The notes: a model not told the origin generated them from the sequence alone. Shown: positions 49,075 through 60,152, counted from the first letter of the stretch. The stretch is DNA of 64,000 bases from an uncultured Pseudomonadota bacterium (GCA_963736005.1 CAVTNB010000001.1:640001-704000), one strand, 5' to 3'. A program made the numbers and translations.

Positions 49075-50571
49075 TCAGACGGGGCGGGACTGCTCCTGCC
49101 CGATCTGTTGGAACCGGTCAAGCGACGTCTTCATGCGGAGCGCGATGCGCTTGGGACCGAGGAGCCGAAGCAGCAGGGGCAGCTCGATGCCGTGTTCGGA
49201 ACCCGTGGTCGCGAGGCGAATCGGCCGAAAGAGCGATCGTCCTTTCAAGCCGTACTTGTCGCCGAGTGCTTTGAGCCCTTCCTTTGAAGTGGCACGCGCA
49301 AACTGTTCGGCGGTTTTTGCGCTCTCGGCGATGTGACGCAGTTCCTCGAGCATCTGCCGAACCGGTGCTTGCGCAAACGCTACATCGGCGCTCGGATCCC
49401 AAGGAAGCGTGTCGCTCAGCAGTGACTCAAGTTCGCGTGGGATGTCTGAGAGCACCTCAATGTGATCGCTTGCTGCTTCTGCAAAACTTTCTAACCATGC
49501 CGGATCGTTCACCTCCGGTAAGTCCGCCAAGCGTCCGTCGCGTCGCACTGTCTGCCCAAAGAGCGAAGCACGATCGGCGATCGTCCGGCGACGGATATAC
49601 TGTGCATTGAACCAGCGCAGTTTGCCCGAGTCGAAGATCGCAGGACTCTTGCTCGCTCGCTCGAGCGAGAACGCAGTCGCGAGCTCGTCGAGGCTGAAGA
49701 ACTCGCGGTCGTCTCCCGGCGACCACCCCAAGAGGGCAAGATAGTTCACGAGCGCTTCAGGCAAAAACCCTGCATCGCGGTATTCTCCCACCGCCGTGGC
49801 ACCGTGGCGCTTTGACAATTTGTGATGATCGGGCGCGAGAATCATGGAGACGTGGGCGAAGAGGGGCAGTGCCAACTCGAGCGCTTCGAAGAGCGCGACT
49901 TGGCGTGGCGTGTTCGGTAGATGTTCGTCGGCGCGGATCACGTGCGTGATGCCCATATCGCTATCGTCAACGACCACCGCGAAGTTGTACGTTGGTGTTT
50001 TGTTCGGGCGTAAAATGACGAAGTCACCGAGCGTGCCTGCCGGGAAATGAATGGAGCCACGGATGAGGTCTTCGACATACATGTCGCGCTGGGGCATAGC
50101 AAACCGCAGTGCGGGCGTACGACCCGCCGTTTCCAAGACAACTCGCTGCTGGGCAGTTAGGTTGCGACACTTGCCTGAATATTTTGGAGCTTCGCCGCGT
50201 TTTTCTTGAGCGGCGCGCTCCGCCTCGAGTTCTTCGGGCGTGCAGTAGCACGCATACACGGCTTCAGTTTCGATGAGGCGAGCCGTGGCAAGCGCATAGC
50301 GATCCAGACGCTCGGTCTGACGGTACGGCGCAAACGGGCCGCCCACATCTGGGCCCTCATCCCAATTCAGGCCAAGCCATCGCAGGTCGGCCGCAATGGC
50401 CGCTTCGTGCTCCCGGCTCGAGCGCTCGGCATCCGTGTCTTCAGAGCGAAGCACCAGCGTCCCATTGTTGTGCCGCGCAAAGAGATAATTGAAGAGCGCC
50501 GTTCGCGCGCCGCCGACGTGGAGCGCACCTGTCGGCGAGGGAGCGAAGCGAACGCGTACAAGGGGCGTCAT
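49075..50571 (-). CDS. gltX: Glutamate--tRNA ligase
   Basis: RFAPSPTGALHVGG; KLSKRHGA; start trimmed to MTPLVR. Confidence 0.97.
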   Translation of the reverse strand: MTPLVRVRFAPSPTGALHVGGARTALFNYLFARHNNGTLVLRSEDTDAERSSREHEAAIAADLRWLGLNWDEGPDVGGPFAPYRQTERLDRYALATARLIETEAVYACYCTPEELEAERAAQEKRGEAPKYSGKCRNLTAQQRVVLETAGRTPALRFAMPQRDMYVEDLIRGSIHFPAGTLGDFVILRPNKTPTYNFAVVVDDSDMGITHVIRADEHLPNTPRQVALFEALELALPLFAHVSMILAPDHHKLSKRHGATAVGEYRDAGFLPEALVNYLALLGWSPGDDREFFSLDELATAFSLERASKSPAIFDSGKLRWFNAQYIRRRTIADRASLFGQTVRRDGRLADLPEVNDPAWLESFAEAASDHIEVLSDIPRELESLLSDTLPWDPSADVAFAQAPVRQMLEELRHIAESAKTAEQFARATSKEGLKALGDKYGLKGRSLFRPIRLATTGSEHGIELPLLLRLLGPKRIALRMKTSLDRFQQIGQEQSRPV

Positions 50572-50585
50572 CGCCTGACGTCTTC

Positions 50586-50612
50586 GGGGCGATTTTCCCA
50601 ATCGCCCCCTAG
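50586..50612 (-). repeat. Family 1 REP (CTAG variant)
   Basis: ggggcgattttcccaatcgccccctag; contains the stop codon of the upstream gene. Confidence 0.85.
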
Positions 50613-51160
50613 ATGAAGGGGAGTCGCTCGTGACGCGCAGAGAATTCGATGAGCTTGGCCAAACGTTTTTCTCTCGTCTGCGCTTGCTTTGCGCTTGCGA
50701 CCCAGCCGATGGCCATGCGGCGATAGCCAGGCGGAAAGCTTTGGAAGACATTCCAAGCGGCGCTACTGCGCTTGAAACGCCGCTCGAGCTCTTGGGGCAA
50801 TCGAGTCGGCAGCGGTGGCGTGCGCCGCTTCTGGTGTCCTGCAAATGCTGCCCTTCCCGCTGCAGTCATCCGGCGTTGGGCGATGAGGCGCTTGACGCGC
50901 GTAATGTTCGAAGGTGACCACGAGCTTCGAGGCTGGCGGGGTACGAAGCGCATCATGAAGCGAGCCACGTCGAGAGATTTGATTTTTGTGTCGATCCAGC
51001 CGAAGCATAACGCCTCGTCGAGGGCGTCGCTAAACTCGATTGTCGGCTTGCCGCTGTCTTTCTTGAAGTAAACGAGCCATACTTCAGTCGCCGTCGTGGA
51101 GTGTTTCTTCAACCAGGCGCGCCACTGCGCGGAGTTTTTTGCGTAGGTCAATTTGTCCAT
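50609..51160 (-). CDS. YdeI/OmpD-associated family protein
   Basis: WRAWL, EALCFGWID, SSWSPSN and AKQAQTREKRL motifs. Confidence 0.9.
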   Translation of the reverse strand: MDKLTYAKNSAQWRAWLKKHSTTATEVWLVYFKKDSGKPTIEFSDALDEALCFGWIDTKIKSLDVARFMMRFVPRQPRSSWSPSNITRVKRLIAQRRMTAAGRAAFAGHQKRRTPPLPTRLPQELERRFKRSSAAWNVFQSFPPGYRRMAIGWVASAKQAQTREKRLAKLIEFSARHERLPFI

Positions 51161-51187
51161 GGGGCGATTTTCCAATCGCCCCCTACA
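51161..51187 (-). repeat. Family 1 REP (consensus copy)
   Basis: ggggcgattttccaatcgccccctaca; contains the ispF TAG and abuts the next ATG. Confidence 0.9.
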
Positions 51188-51656
51188 ACTCCATGAGGGT
51201 GGCGGTGGCGAAGGCTGCCATGCCCACGCCTTCCCCTGTGAAACCCATGCCCTCCGTATGCTTTGCCTTCACGCTACACGATTCGAGCCCGATGCCGCAC
51301 GCCTCAGCAAGCACGCTGCGCATCTTCTCAAGGTAGGGAGCAAGCGCGGGCCGCTCTGCAACGATGGTGCAGTCCACGTTGCCGACTCGAAACCCGCTCT
51401 CGACAATGCTTTTTACGGCGCGGTGAAGCAAGAGCACGCTGTCGGCGCCTGCGAATTCCGGATTCCCGGCCGGAAACATCGTGCCGCAGTCGCCTAAAGC
51501 CGCTGCGCCAAGCAATGCGTCGATCAGCGCATGCGCAACAACGTCAGCGTCGGAATAGCCTTCGAGCCCGCGATCGAAGGGAATCCGGCAACCGCCAAGG
51601 ACGAGCGGTCGACCTGCTACCAGTCGGTGGGCATCGAATCCAAATCCGAGTCTCAT
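51183..51656 (-). CDS. ispF: 2-C-methyl-D-erythritol 2,4-cyclodiphosphate synthase
   Basis: GFDAH, SDADVVAHA and KHTEGMGFTG motifs. Confidence 0.96.
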   Translation of the reverse strand: MRLGFGFDAHRLVAGRPLVLGGCRIPFDRGLEGYSDADVVAHALIDALLGAAALGDCGTMFPAGNPEFAGADSVLLLHRAVKSIVESGFRVGNVDCTIVAERPALAPYLEKMRSVLAEACGIGLESCSVKAKHTEGMGFTGEGVGMAAFATATLMEL

Positions 51657-51670
51657 TGTAGATCGCCCCC

Positions 51671-52402
51671 CTATGAGGTGCGGTTAGCGGCGATGCGCTC
51701 TGCGACGACGAGGTCTTCCTGCGTCGTTATTTTCAAGTTTTGGTACGAACTTTCGACGATGGCAACACTCACGCTGCCTAACCGCTCGACGAGTTCAGCG
51801 TCATCCGTGGCAAGAAAACCCGCCTCTTCGGCATCCTCGTGCGCTCTGAAAAGAACATCAAAGGCAAACGCTTGAGGTGTCTGGGCAGCCCACACGCGAT
51901 CGCGGGGGATCGTTTTGAGGATGGCCCCCGATTCGCCCGCCTGCTTGATTGTGTCTTTGACCGGGACGGCCGCAATCGCGCCGCCAAACTCTCGTGCCTT
52001 TTCAATCACGCTGCGCAATAGATCGCCTGTGAGAAACGGTCTGGCTCCGTCGTGGACAACCACGAGTTCAACCGGATGGGTTATCGCGCGCAGTGCTGCA
52101 AAAACGGAATCTTGCCGACGGACACCGCCGGGCACGATCGCGCGTACTTTGTTTGGGGTGATTCGTTGCGAGAGCACTTCGAATTGGTCGCGCTCGTCGG
52201 GCTCGCACGCGATGACCACCTGCGTCACGATAGGCGATCTCGCGAACACTTCAAGCGACCAAGCGGCAACGGGTTTGCCGCCGAGTTGCAGGAGCTGCTT
52301 GCGCTGACCAAGGCGTATGCCGCGACCGGCCGCGGCGAGGATTGCGCAGACCGAGGGGACGACGTGCCAATCGCCTCCTGCCCTAGCGTTTGAGTTTTGC
52401 AA
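51671..52402 (-). CDS. ispD: 2-C-methyl-D-erythritol 4-phosphate cytidylyltransferase (start uncertain)
   Basis: AAGRGIR, RQDSV, HDGARP, QTPQAF and NLKITT motifs. Confidence 0.95.
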   Translation of the reverse strand: MQNSNARAGGDWHVVPSVCAILAAAGRGIRLGQRKQLLQLGGKPVAAWSLEVFARSPIVTQVVIACEPDERDQFEVLSQRITPNKVRAIVPGGVRRQDSVFAALRAITHPVELVVVHDGARPFLTGDLLRSVIEKAREFGGAIAAVPVKDTIKQAGESGAILKTIPRDRVWAAQTPQAFAFDVLFRAHEDAEEAGFLATDDAELVERLGSVSVAIVESSYQNLKITTQEDLVVAERIAANRTS

Positions 52403-53432
52403 AGATCATTCGGCCGGCGGCCGTCTGCAGCACGGACGTCACGAGCACCTCAACATCTTCGCCCATGACGCGTTTGCCATTCTCAACAACGATCATCGTC
52501 CCATCATCGAGGTAGGCCACGCCTTGGTTTGGCTCTTTTCCATCCTTGACAACCTTGGCCAGCATTTCTTCTCCAGGCATCACCACCGGCTTCAATGCAT
52601 TCGCGAGCTCGTTGATGTTGAGCACGGCAACTCCTTGAACTTTGGCAACCCGATTGAGATTGTAATCATTCGTAAGAATTTGGGCGCCAAGGGTGCGGCC
52701 GAGTGAAATAAGCTTTCCGTCGACATCTCGTTCGGGGGCGTCGTGTTCTGATACCTCAAGCCCTGGCGACGCCTCGCGAAGCTTGTTGAGCACCTCGAGG
52801 CCGCGCCGGCCCCGGCTGCGCTTGACCGGATCGGCGGAATCGGCGATCAACTGCAATTCGCGCAGGACGAACTTTGGCACCATGAGCCGTCCATCCAAGA
52901 AGCCTGCTTGCACGATTTCGAGGATGCGGCCGTCGACGATGACGGACGTATCGAGCAGCTTCGGTGCGACTTCGCTGTGATATGCCGCGCCGCGAGACCA
53001 CCACGTGAGGCGCTGTCGCAAGCCGAGCCGCACTCCAAAGTAACCAAAGAACAGCGTGATGACTGCGTAAATGACGAACGAGATGAGCGGACCGAAGCGC
53101 GGCAGCTGCGCGAAGGGCGCGAAGATGTCGCGCACGAGAAAGGCGACGACAAGACCGACAATGAGCCCAATGGCCCCGGACAGCGCCTCCGCCGGTGCCC
53201 GTCGCGCAATCGCCTCTTCGATCCCGCTGACGAGCCGCTCGAACCCACGAGCGGCGAGCGGTGAGATCGCGATGCCGACCAGCGTACCGAGCAGCGGCAA
53301 ACCGACGAAGCGGAGGTCGTACTGAAAGCGCGTGTCGATCGGCAAGTTGATCGACCGCGCAATCTCGTGGCCGATCAAAAGACCAATCAGCCCAAACAGC
53401 GACGCGAACACGACGCGGAAAATTAAATTCAC
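52383..53432 (-). CDS. PIN/TRAM domain membrane protein (YacL-like)
   Basis: [18 protein letters not shown] and [14 protein letters not shown] motifs; position before ispD. Confidence 0.93.
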   Translation of the reverse strand: MNLIFRVVFASLFGLIGLLIGHEIARSINLPIDTRFQYDLRFVGLPLLGTLVGIAISPLAARGFERLVSGIEEAIARRAPAEALSGAIGLIVGLVVAFLVRDIFAPFAQLPRFGPLISFVIYAVITLFFGYFGVRLGLRQRLTWWSRGAAYHSEVAPKLLDTSVIVDGRILEIVQAGFLDGRLMVPKFVLRELQLIADSADPVKRSRGRRGLEVLNKLREASPGLEVSEHDAPERDVDGKLISLGRTLGAQILTNDYNLNRVAKVQGVAVLNINELANALKPVVMPGEEMLAKVVKDGKEPNQGVAYLDDGTMIVVENGKRVMGEDVEVLVTSVLQTAAGRMIFAKLKR

Positions 53433-53436
53433 GGCG

Positions 53437-54648
53437 TCACCTAACGGCTGCGAGCTCGGGTTCGAGAAACTCGGCGCACACCGGGTTGGCAAGCAAGCGC
53501 CCCGATTGCGTCAGCCGCATCCCCCGTTCGTCTTCTTCGAGAAGCCCTAATGCCTTGCATTTTTCTCGAGCGCGCGCGAAGGCTGCTTTCGCATCCACGC
53601 CAAAGCGCCGGAGAAAATCCTCATGTTCGATGCCGGCCGAGCTGCGCAACGCGAGCATTGCCGCTTCCCCCACGCGCGCCGTTTCGGAAAGTCGTTCTTC
53701 TTCTTCAATAGGAGAATCGCCGCGCTCGAGTCTGTCGCAGTAATGAGCCATCGATCGCGTATTTCTGTAGCGCAGGCCATCACGATAACCGGCGGCCGAC
53801 ATCCCAAAGGCCAGACAATTTCGTTGGCGCCAGTAGCCGAGATTATGCGCGCTTTCAAAACCGGGCCGGGCGAAATTTGAAATCTCGTAGTGTGTCATGC
53901 CCGCGCGCGTCAGAACTGTGTGAGCGCGGTCGAGCAAGTTGGCAACAACATCATCGTCCGGAAATGCTGCCGGATCGCGGCGGTGCCAGCGCGCATACGG
54001 GGTCGCGCCTTCGATGGTAAGCCCGTAAGCGGAAACGTGCTCGGGCTCAAGGTGCAGTGCTCGTTCGAGCGAGCGCTCGAACGAGGCTTCCGATTGCCCT
54101 GGCACGCCGACCATGAGATCCAGGCTTACATTTGCGAATCCTGCAGCTCTTGCCGCGCGGTAAAATGAGATGGCTTGTGCCGCATCGTGCTCTCTGCCAA
54201 GCCGGCGCAACTCATGGTCGTCGAAGGATTGCACGCCAATGGAAAGACGGTTGACCCCAAATGCCAACCAGTCATCGAGGCTAGCTGTCGCGCGCGATGG
54301 GTTTGCCTCCAAGGTGAACTCGATGCTGCCTGGCCAGGTCGCAAAGCGATCAAAAATTGTTCGGGTAACTTTTTGGAACCAAGGGCGCGGTAGTGTTGAG
54401 GGAGTTCCCCCGCCGAAATAGAGCGTCTGGATGGGACCAACGAGCGGACCTAAAGGTCCGCTGCTACATATTTCTGTGATGAGCGCTGACATGTAGCGCG
54501 ACGTATGCTCTTCTTTGTACCGGACAACCGCGAAGTCGCAGTAGGGACAAATCCGATCGCAAAATGGAATGTGCACGTAACAGCCCGTGCCGGCATCGCT
54601 CGTGTGCGCGAACCACTTGGGTCCAGCTACCACTGCAACAGCCTTCAT
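53437..54648 (-). CDS. hemW: Radical SAM heme chaperone HemW
   Basis: [39 protein letters not shown] overlap with degV. Confidence 0.92.
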   Translation of the reverse strand: MKAVAVVAGPKWFAHTSDAGTGCYVHIPFCDRICPYCDFAVVRYKEEHTSRYMSALITEICSSGPLGPLVGPIQTLYFGGGTPSTLPRPWFQKVTRTIFDRFATWPGSIEFTLEANPSRATASLDDWLAFGVNRLSIGVQSFDDHELRRLGREHDAAQAISFYRAARAAGFANVSLDLMVGVPGQSEASFERSLERALHLEPEHVSAYGLTIEGATPYARWHRRDPAAFPDDDVVANLLDRAHTVLTRAGMTHYEISNFARPGFESAHNLGYWRQRNCLAFGMSAAGYRDGLRYRNTRSMAHYCDRLERGDSPIEEEERLSETARVGEAAMLALRSSAGIEHEDFLRRFGVDAKAAFARAREKCKALGLLEEDERGMRLTQSGRLLANPVCAEFLEPELAAVR

Positions 54649-55487
54649 TGCAAGAACGCGACCCCAACCGCACCGGGACCCGCATGCGTTCCCACGGTTG
54701 GGCCGACACAGCTCTGAATCAGCAGAGCGGGCGCCACCGCCTGCTCGATGCGCCTCGCCACGGAATCCGCGAGATCCGGCGCGACGGAATGCAGGATCGC
54801 GACGCGCGCCGTCCCTCTTGCGTGAATACGGGTGGTCACAACCTCCACCATCCGATCGACGGCGCGAGCGAACGTTCGCACCTTGGAATATTCGGCAACT
54901 TCGCCGTCGCGCAACGTGATGATCGGCACGATCTTCAGCACATTTCCGAGCACGCTTTGCAATTGGCCAATGCGGCCGCCCCGAGCCAGGTATGTCAACG
55001 TGGGAATGGTGGCAAACAATTCCACTTTCTTTGCGCTCGCCTGCGCCCGATCGACGATCGCTTCGAGGTCGAGCCCAGTTCGCGCATCCTCTGCGGCTTG
55101 GAGTGCGAGCAAGCCGAGGGCGAGCGTTGCGGTGCCTGAATCGATCACCCTGATCCGCTCCCCATCCACTTCTTGCGCCGCCGAGAGTGCTGAGTTGTAC
55201 GTGCCTGAGAGTTTGGAGGACAGGTGCAGCGAGACGATGCCCGACGCACCGGCTCCGAGCAGTTGGGTATAGACTGCGACAAACGCTGAGGGCGAGGGCT
55301 GAGCAGTGGTAGGAGGTTGTTGGCTCGTTTCGAGTTTGTGGTAAAAGTCCTCGCGCGAGAGATCGACGCCGTCGCGATACACTTGGTTCCCGAATGACAC
55401 GCTGAGTGGAACGACTACGATGTTGTGAGAAGCAGCGAGTTCTCCGAGATCCGCGGTCGAATCGGTGACGACCGCAACCGCACTCAC
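54645..55487 (-). CDS. DegV family fatty-acid-binding protein (FakB-like)
   Basis: VVTDSTAD, SSKLSGTY, LARGGRIG and HAGPG motifs. Confidence 0.94.
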   Translation of the reverse strand: MSAVAVVTDSTADLGELAASHNIVVVPLSVSFGNQVYRDGVDLSREDFYHKLETSQQPPTTAQPSPSAFVAVYTQLLGAGASGIVSLHLSSKLSGTYNSALSAAQEVDGERIRVIDSGTATLALGLLALQAAEDARTGLDLEAIVDRAQASAKKVELFATIPTLTYLARGGRIGQLQSVLGNVLKIVPIITLRDGEVAEYSKVRTFARAVDRMVEVVTTRIHARGTARVAILHSVAPDLADSVARRIEQAVAPALLIQSCVGPTVGTHAGPGAVGVAFLQ

Positions 55488-56524
55488 GACGAAGAAGCTT
55501 CGGCCGCCGGTGGCGACGTGGAGGCAGCCGCGACCATCCCTCCGATGCTGCCAACGAGATCCTGGCGCACCGCGCGCAACGCAGTTCGACAAGCACTGAT
55601 GATGGCGCGGGCGTCGGCGCGCCCGTGCCCAACCAGACATATGCCGCGCACGCCGAGCAGCGGCGCGCCGCCATATTCACGATGGTCGAAACGCTTGCGC
55701 AACGCCCGCAGTGCAGGCTTGAGGATTTGCAAACCAATCATGCCTCGGACGTTTGCCTTGGCGTGTTCGAGCAAGACGCCAAAGAAGTATTCGCCCGCGG
55801 CTTCGGCCAGCTTGAGCGCGACGTTGCCCACAAAACCGTCGCACACGACGACATCCGCGTCGCCGAGCAGGAGATCGCGGCCTTCGACGTTACCCACGAA
55901 ATTAATTGGTGCAGCTTCCAGCAGAGGAAAGGATGCCTCGGTGAGCCCGTTACCCTTATCCTCTTCCTCTCCCACGGAAAGCAAGCCCACTTTCGGGTTC
56001 TCAACACCCAAGACAAAATGCGAATACGCGCTGCCCATGATGCCAAATTGCATGAGCCACTCGGGCCTGCAGTCAACGTTCGCGCCGGCATCGAGCAAGA
56101 GCATAGGCCCCTTGCGGGCCGGCCACGCCGTCGCGATCGCGGGCCGCGCAATGCCGGGCAGCGTGCGCAGACGGACTGTGGCAATGGCGAGAAAGGCGCC
56201 GCTGTTGCCGGCGCTAAACGCAGCATGCGCCGTGCCCTCGTGAACGAGATCGACCATCTTCCCCATCGAGGTGCTCGGCCCGCGCCGCACTGCGGCGGCC
56301 GGTGCTTCATCCATCGCAACGGCCCCCTCGGCATGAACGACGGCGATGGTCGGGGGCAGTCCGCCGGCCTGCTTAGCGATTTCTTCGATGCGTGCTCGAT
56401 CGCCAACCAGCGCGATGCGACAGTCTAAAACGCGAGCCGCCTGGCAGGCGCCGGTGACGATTTCTTCCGGCGCGTGATCGCCGCCCATCGCGTCGATCGC
56501 GATACAAATATCTCTGTCGTTCAC
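55484..56524 (-). CDS. plsX: Phosphate acyltransferase PlsX
   Basis: IDAMGGDHAP, SAGNSGA and CDGFVGNVALK motifs. Confidence 0.96.
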   Translation of the reverse strand: MNDRDICIAIDAMGGDHAPEEIVTGACQAARVLDCRIALVGDRARIEEIAKQAGGLPPTIAVVHAEGAVAMDEAPAAAVRRGPSTSMGKMVDLVHEGTAHAAFSAGNSGAFLAIATVRLRTLPGIARPAIATAWPARKGPMLLLDAGANVDCRPEWLMQFGIMGSAYSHFVLGVENPKVGLLSVGEEEDKGNGLTEASFPLLEAAPINFVGNVEGRDLLLGDADVVVCDGFVGNVALKLAEAAGEYFFGVLLEHAKANVRGMIGLQILKPALRALRKRFDHREYGGAPLLGVRGICLVGHGRADARAIISACRTALRAVRQDLVGSIGGMVAAASTSPPAAEASSS

Positions 56525-56525
56525 C

Positions 56526-58190
56526 TTAACGTTCGATCGATATGACGTAGTCAGAAGCAGCCTGACCGCCATAGTACGCCTCAACAACGGTGTTTGGGTA
56601 GGCCGCCCGCAATGCCTTTGCCAGCAGCTCGGCGTCCTTGCGCTTGCGCATGCCTCCGTAATACAAAGTGATCAAGGAAGCATTCGTCGCTTCCGCTTCG
56701 CGTACCATCGACGCGGCGATCGTCGCCGCATCCGGTCCCTTTACAACGGCTTCCGGCTTTCCGTTGCGCGAGTCGAGCGCACCCATGAGCTCCCCATGCC
56801 GAACGCTCTTGCCGCCATATGTGGTGTCACGCCCAGCTCGAAAGATTGATCCGCTCGCACAGAGGGTGGATTCGGCGATGAGGTGTTCCGGATCGCTGAT
56901 CTTGTCAGTCGGCTCGTTGAGCAACCCAAAAAGCGTCGCGATCCCTTCGGGGATGGTCCGGGTTGGTACGACGACGACCTGTCTGTCGGTCAGCGGCTGT
57001 ACTTCGCGGGCCGCAGCAATGACGTTCTTGTCATTGGGAAAGAGGTAGACGACTGGCGCGAGCACCTTGTTCACCGCCACCAGGAGGTCTTTGACCGACG
57101 GATTCATGGAGGGCCCACCGTTCACGGTGACATCGGCGCCCAGCTCCTTGCAAATCTTTGCGAAACCATCGCCGGGAACCACACAGACGATGCCGCGCGG
57201 TTTGGACTCGCGATCCACCACGAGCACGTTGTGCTGCTCTTCCATATTGTCGACCTTCGTGCGCGAGACTTCGCCGAACTCTTGAGCGAGAGCCATGACT
57301 TTGTTGGGATAGTCAGTGTGGATGTGCACGCGGAGCGCTCCGTCGCCACCCGCCACGATCAGAGAATCACCATGACTTGCGAGCAAGTTGCGCAAGGCAA
57401 GCGAGCTCATCGTTTCAGTCGCGAGCACGAACTCCGTGCAGAAGCGGTGCTCTTCCACTTTTTGGCGGGCGGTAAAAGTTGTGCGCCGAACCGGACGCCG
57501 GGGGAAGGCGGTGGTGTACGGCGCTCTGCCTGGCAGCATTCGAATGGGGCCTTCCATGAAGTAAACGAATCCTTGACCACCGGCGTCGACTACCTTGGCT
57601 TCTTTCAGCACGGCGAGTTGCTCGGGTGTTTTTTCGAGCGCCTCGTTGGCTGCATTCACGATTGCGTGCAAGACGGCGAAGAAGTCGGGCTCGCTCACCG
57701 CAGTTCTGAACGCGGCGTTCGCTGCAGCCGCCGCAACCGAGAGAATCGTACCTTCGACCGGTTTCAGCAATGCTTGCCGTGCTGCGTGCACGGCGTCTTG
57801 CATGGCGGACGCAAGATCGCGCGTTTCAATTGATTGCCGGTGTCGAACAGCCTGCGCGAATGCGCGGAACATCTGCGATAGAATAACACCTGAGTTTCCC
57901 CGTGCCCCCATGAGCGAACCTGATGCTGCGGCGGCGGCGGCGACTGAGAGGTCGTCAGTTTTGGATCGGCTCGCTTCGACCATGGCCGACCGCACGGTCA
58001 TGTACATATTCGTTCCAGTGTCGCCGTCTGGAACCGGGAAGACATTGAGATCGTTGACGACGGAGCGATACTTGCGAAGAAAATAAGTGCCAGCGACCAA
58101 AAAACGAAAAAATGCTCTTCCGCCGCACCGTGTAACGGGTGGCGGATGCAGTTTGGATGCGACGGAAGTTGGTGCTTCTCGATCGTGCAT
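56526..58190 (-). CDS. DAK2-domain fatty acid kinase subunit (FakA/YloV-like)
   Basis: NVFPVPDGDTGTNM, GARGNSGVILSQ, VHIHTD and YYGGQ motifs. Confidence 0.94.
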   Translation of the reverse strand: MHDREAPTSVASKLHPPPVTRCGGRAFFRFLVAGTYFLRKYRSVVNDLNVFPVPDGDTGTNMYMTVRSAMVEASRSKTDDLSVAAAAAASGSLMGARGNSGVILSQMFRAFAQAVRHRQSIETRDLASAMQDAVHAARQALLKPVEGTILSVAAAAANAAFRTAVSEPDFFAVLHAIVNAANEALEKTPEQLAVLKEAKVVDAGGQGFVYFMEGPIRMLPGRAPYTTAFPRRPVRRTTFTARQKVEEHRFCTEFVLATETMSSLALRNLLASHGDSLIVAGGDGALRVHIHTDYPNKVMALAQEFGEVSRTKVDNMEEQHNVLVVDRESKPRGIVCVVPGDGFAKICKELGADVTVNGGPSMNPSVKDLLVAVNKVLAPVVYLFPNDKNVIAAAREVQPLTDRQVVVVPTRTIPEGIATLFGLLNEPTDKISDPEHLIAESTLCASGSIFRAGRDTTYGGKSVRHGELMGALDSRNGKPEAVVKGPDAATIAASMVREAEATNASLITLYYGGMRKRKDAELLAKALRAAYPNTVVEAYYGGQAASDYVISIER

Positions 58191-58203
58191 GGTTGTTCGG
58201 GCC

Positions 58204-58232
58204 TTGAAGGCCTACCGACCGTGTGATATTAT
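58204..58232 (+). promoter_or_regulatory. Sigma70-type promoter of rpmB
   Basis: TTGAAG-N17-TATTAT. Confidence 0.65.
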
Positions 58233-58281
58233 GTCTCGGTGTAGCAGCGGACCTTTAGGACCGCCTTCTTGAGGAAATTTC

Positions 58282-58473
58282 GTGGCAAAGAGATGCGATG
58301 TCTGCGGCAAGGGCCCGGCATCAGGGAACAACGTCAGTCATTCGATGCGCAAGACGAGGCGCCGGTGGCTACCCAATCTACAGTCAGTTCGGGTTCGCGA
58401 AGCAGGGACCGTGAAGACGGCTCGCGTCTGCTCGTCATGTTTGCGTTCACGCAAGGTCGTCCGCGCGGTTTAA
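58282..58473 (+). CDS. rpmB: 50S ribosomal protein L28
   Basis: [21 protein letters not shown]. Confidence 0.97.
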   Translation: MAKRCDVCGKGPASGNNVSHSMRKTRRRWLPNLQSVRVREAGTVKTARVCSSCLRSRKVVRAV

Positions 58474-59472
58474 ATGATCGTATCCCCGCGGGGCATGCTC
58501 GCGACGATTCCCGTCTTCGAGTGTCCACACTTTCCCATCACCTTGTTCGAAATGTCCGGCAACCCATAACTCGCGTCCGAACCGCGCTTTGAAGCGGCGT
58601 GCGATGTGCTGGTAGGCACGAGGATCGACTGCCGCTAGTAATTCGTAGTCATCACCGCCGTAAAGCATGAGCTCCAAAGAGTTGTCGAAAGAGGCTAGTG
58701 CTTTCGGGCAGTGCCGGCGCAATGCGTCGACGTCGAGACAAACATCGAGTTTGGAGGCGCTTGCCATCCGCCAGGCGTCTAACGACAGCCCGTCGGAGAT
58801 ATCCATCATCGCGTGCGTGGAGCGCGATGCGCCAAGAAACTTCCCTTCGGGAACCCGTGGAGTCGGGGTGTCGTAGGCGGCGCGCAGCAGCGCCGCGTCA
58901 ACGGGATCGATTCGAGATGAGCGGACCTGAAGGACCGCTGCTACACCCGCTTTGAGAGCCGCTGCGGAAAGACCCAGCGCGCCCGTCACACACGCAAAAT
59001 CGCCAGCCTTTGCCGCGCAGCGCAACCGAAGATTGCTCTTGCGCACTTCTCCGATCACGGTCACCGCAATGAAGAGTGCGGGTGCGCGCACGATGTCGCC
59101 GCCTGCGATCGCGCACCCGTAGCGCTTCGCGAGTGTGCCCATGCCATGATAGAACGTGCGAACCCACGTTTCGTCCACGCGATCGGTGACGCCAAGAGCG
59201 ACGACCGCGAGCGTGGGGCTGCCCCCCATCGCTGCGATATCTGAAAAATTAACTGCAAGCGCCTTATGCCCGAGCGCACCCGGACTCGTTGCTCCCAAGC
59301 GAAAGTGAACCTCATCGACGAGAGCGTCGGTGCTAACAAGCGACAGATGCGATCGGCGCGTCTTCCAAACAGCGGCATCGTCTCCGATGCCCACACGCAG
59401 GAGACGCGGCTGCTGGCCCAATACTTCGGCAATGCCGGCAACGAGCCGGTCCTCGGTGAGCTCCGTCGTCAG
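58447..59472 (-). CDS. thiL: Thiamine-monophosphate kinase (start probably CTG at 59472)
   Basis: [22 protein letters not shown] and GGDDYEL motifs. Confidence 0.93.
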   Translation of the reverse strand: MTTELTEDRLVAGIAEVLGQQPRLLRVGIGDDAAVWKTRRSHLSLVSTDALVDEVHFRLGATSPGALGHKALAVNFSDIAAMGGSPTLAVVALGVTDRVDETWVRTFYHGMGTLAKRYGCAIAGGDIVRAPALFIAVTVIGEVRKSNLRLRCAAKAGDFACVTGALGLSAAALKAGVAAVLQVRSSRIDPVDAALLRAAYDTPTPRVPEGKFLGASRSTHAMMDISDGLSLDAWRMASASKLDVCLDVDALRRHCPKALASFDNSLELMLYGGDDYELLAAVDPRAYQHIARRFKARFGRELWVAGHFEQGDGKVWTLEDGNRREHAPRGYDHLNRADDLA

Positions 59473-60152
59473 ACCTCACATAACTTTCGGGCGCGAGCGA
59501 TCGTCTCCGCAGGATCTGCGGTCGCAAAGATACCGGAACCCATGACGACGTTATCGGCGCCTGCGCGAACCACGTCAGCTAGGTTATTGAGACTGACGCC
59601 GCCATCCACTTCAAGTTCCACGCGGCTTCGGTGCCGGTCGAGCAGCTCGCGTGCGGCTGCAATCTTGCGAGTCGACGTGGGAATGTAGCTCTGGCCAGAA
59701 AAGCCAGGATTGACGCTCATGATAAGTAGCAGATCGAGGTAAGGCAAAATTTCATCGAGCACGTTGAGGGGCGTCGCTGGGTTGAGGGAGAGCCCTGCGC
59801 GCACTCCCAATTTCTTAATTTGCGAAATGAGAAGGTGCGCGTGCGGCGCGACTTCCCAATGTACGGTGATGGTGTTTGAACCAGCAGCGGCAAATTCGGC
59901 AATGTAGCGCTCCGGCTCGACGATCATGAGGTGAGTGTCAAATGGCAGACTCGTCAGCTTTCGTAAGTCCGTTATGATCTTTGGACCCCAGGTTATGTTG
60001 GGAACGAACCTGCCGTCCATGACGTCGAGATGCAAAAAGTCGACGCCGGCTTGCTCGACCAGTGCGATCTCTTGTTTGATGTTGGCGAAATCGGCAGCCA
60101 AAAGCGAAGGGCCAATCTTGACTTTGCGCCTCGAACCATTACCGTGCGGCAT
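59469..60152 (-). CDS. rpe: Ribulose-phosphate 3-epimerase
   Basis: HLDVMDG, MSVNPGF and EVDGG motifs. Confidence 0.97.
   Translation of the reverse strand: MPHGNGSRRKVKIGPSLLAADFANIKQEIALVEQAGVDFLHLDVMDGRFVPNITWGPKIITDLRKLTSLPFDTHLMIVEPERYIAEFAAAGSNTITVHWEVAPHAHLLISQIKKLGVRAGLSLNPATPLNVLDEILPYLDLLLIMSVNPGFSGQSYIPTSTRKIAAARELLDRHRSRVELEVDGGVSLNNLADVVRAGADNVVMGSGIFATADPAETIARARKLCEV

Noticed and set aside
54649..55737. Long N-terminal extension of hemW (also rlmB, cysS and gltX in the ORF track)
   Set aside because: Extensions overlap real upstream genes in another frame; true starts are supported by family N-termini and by adjacent or overlapping upstream stops.
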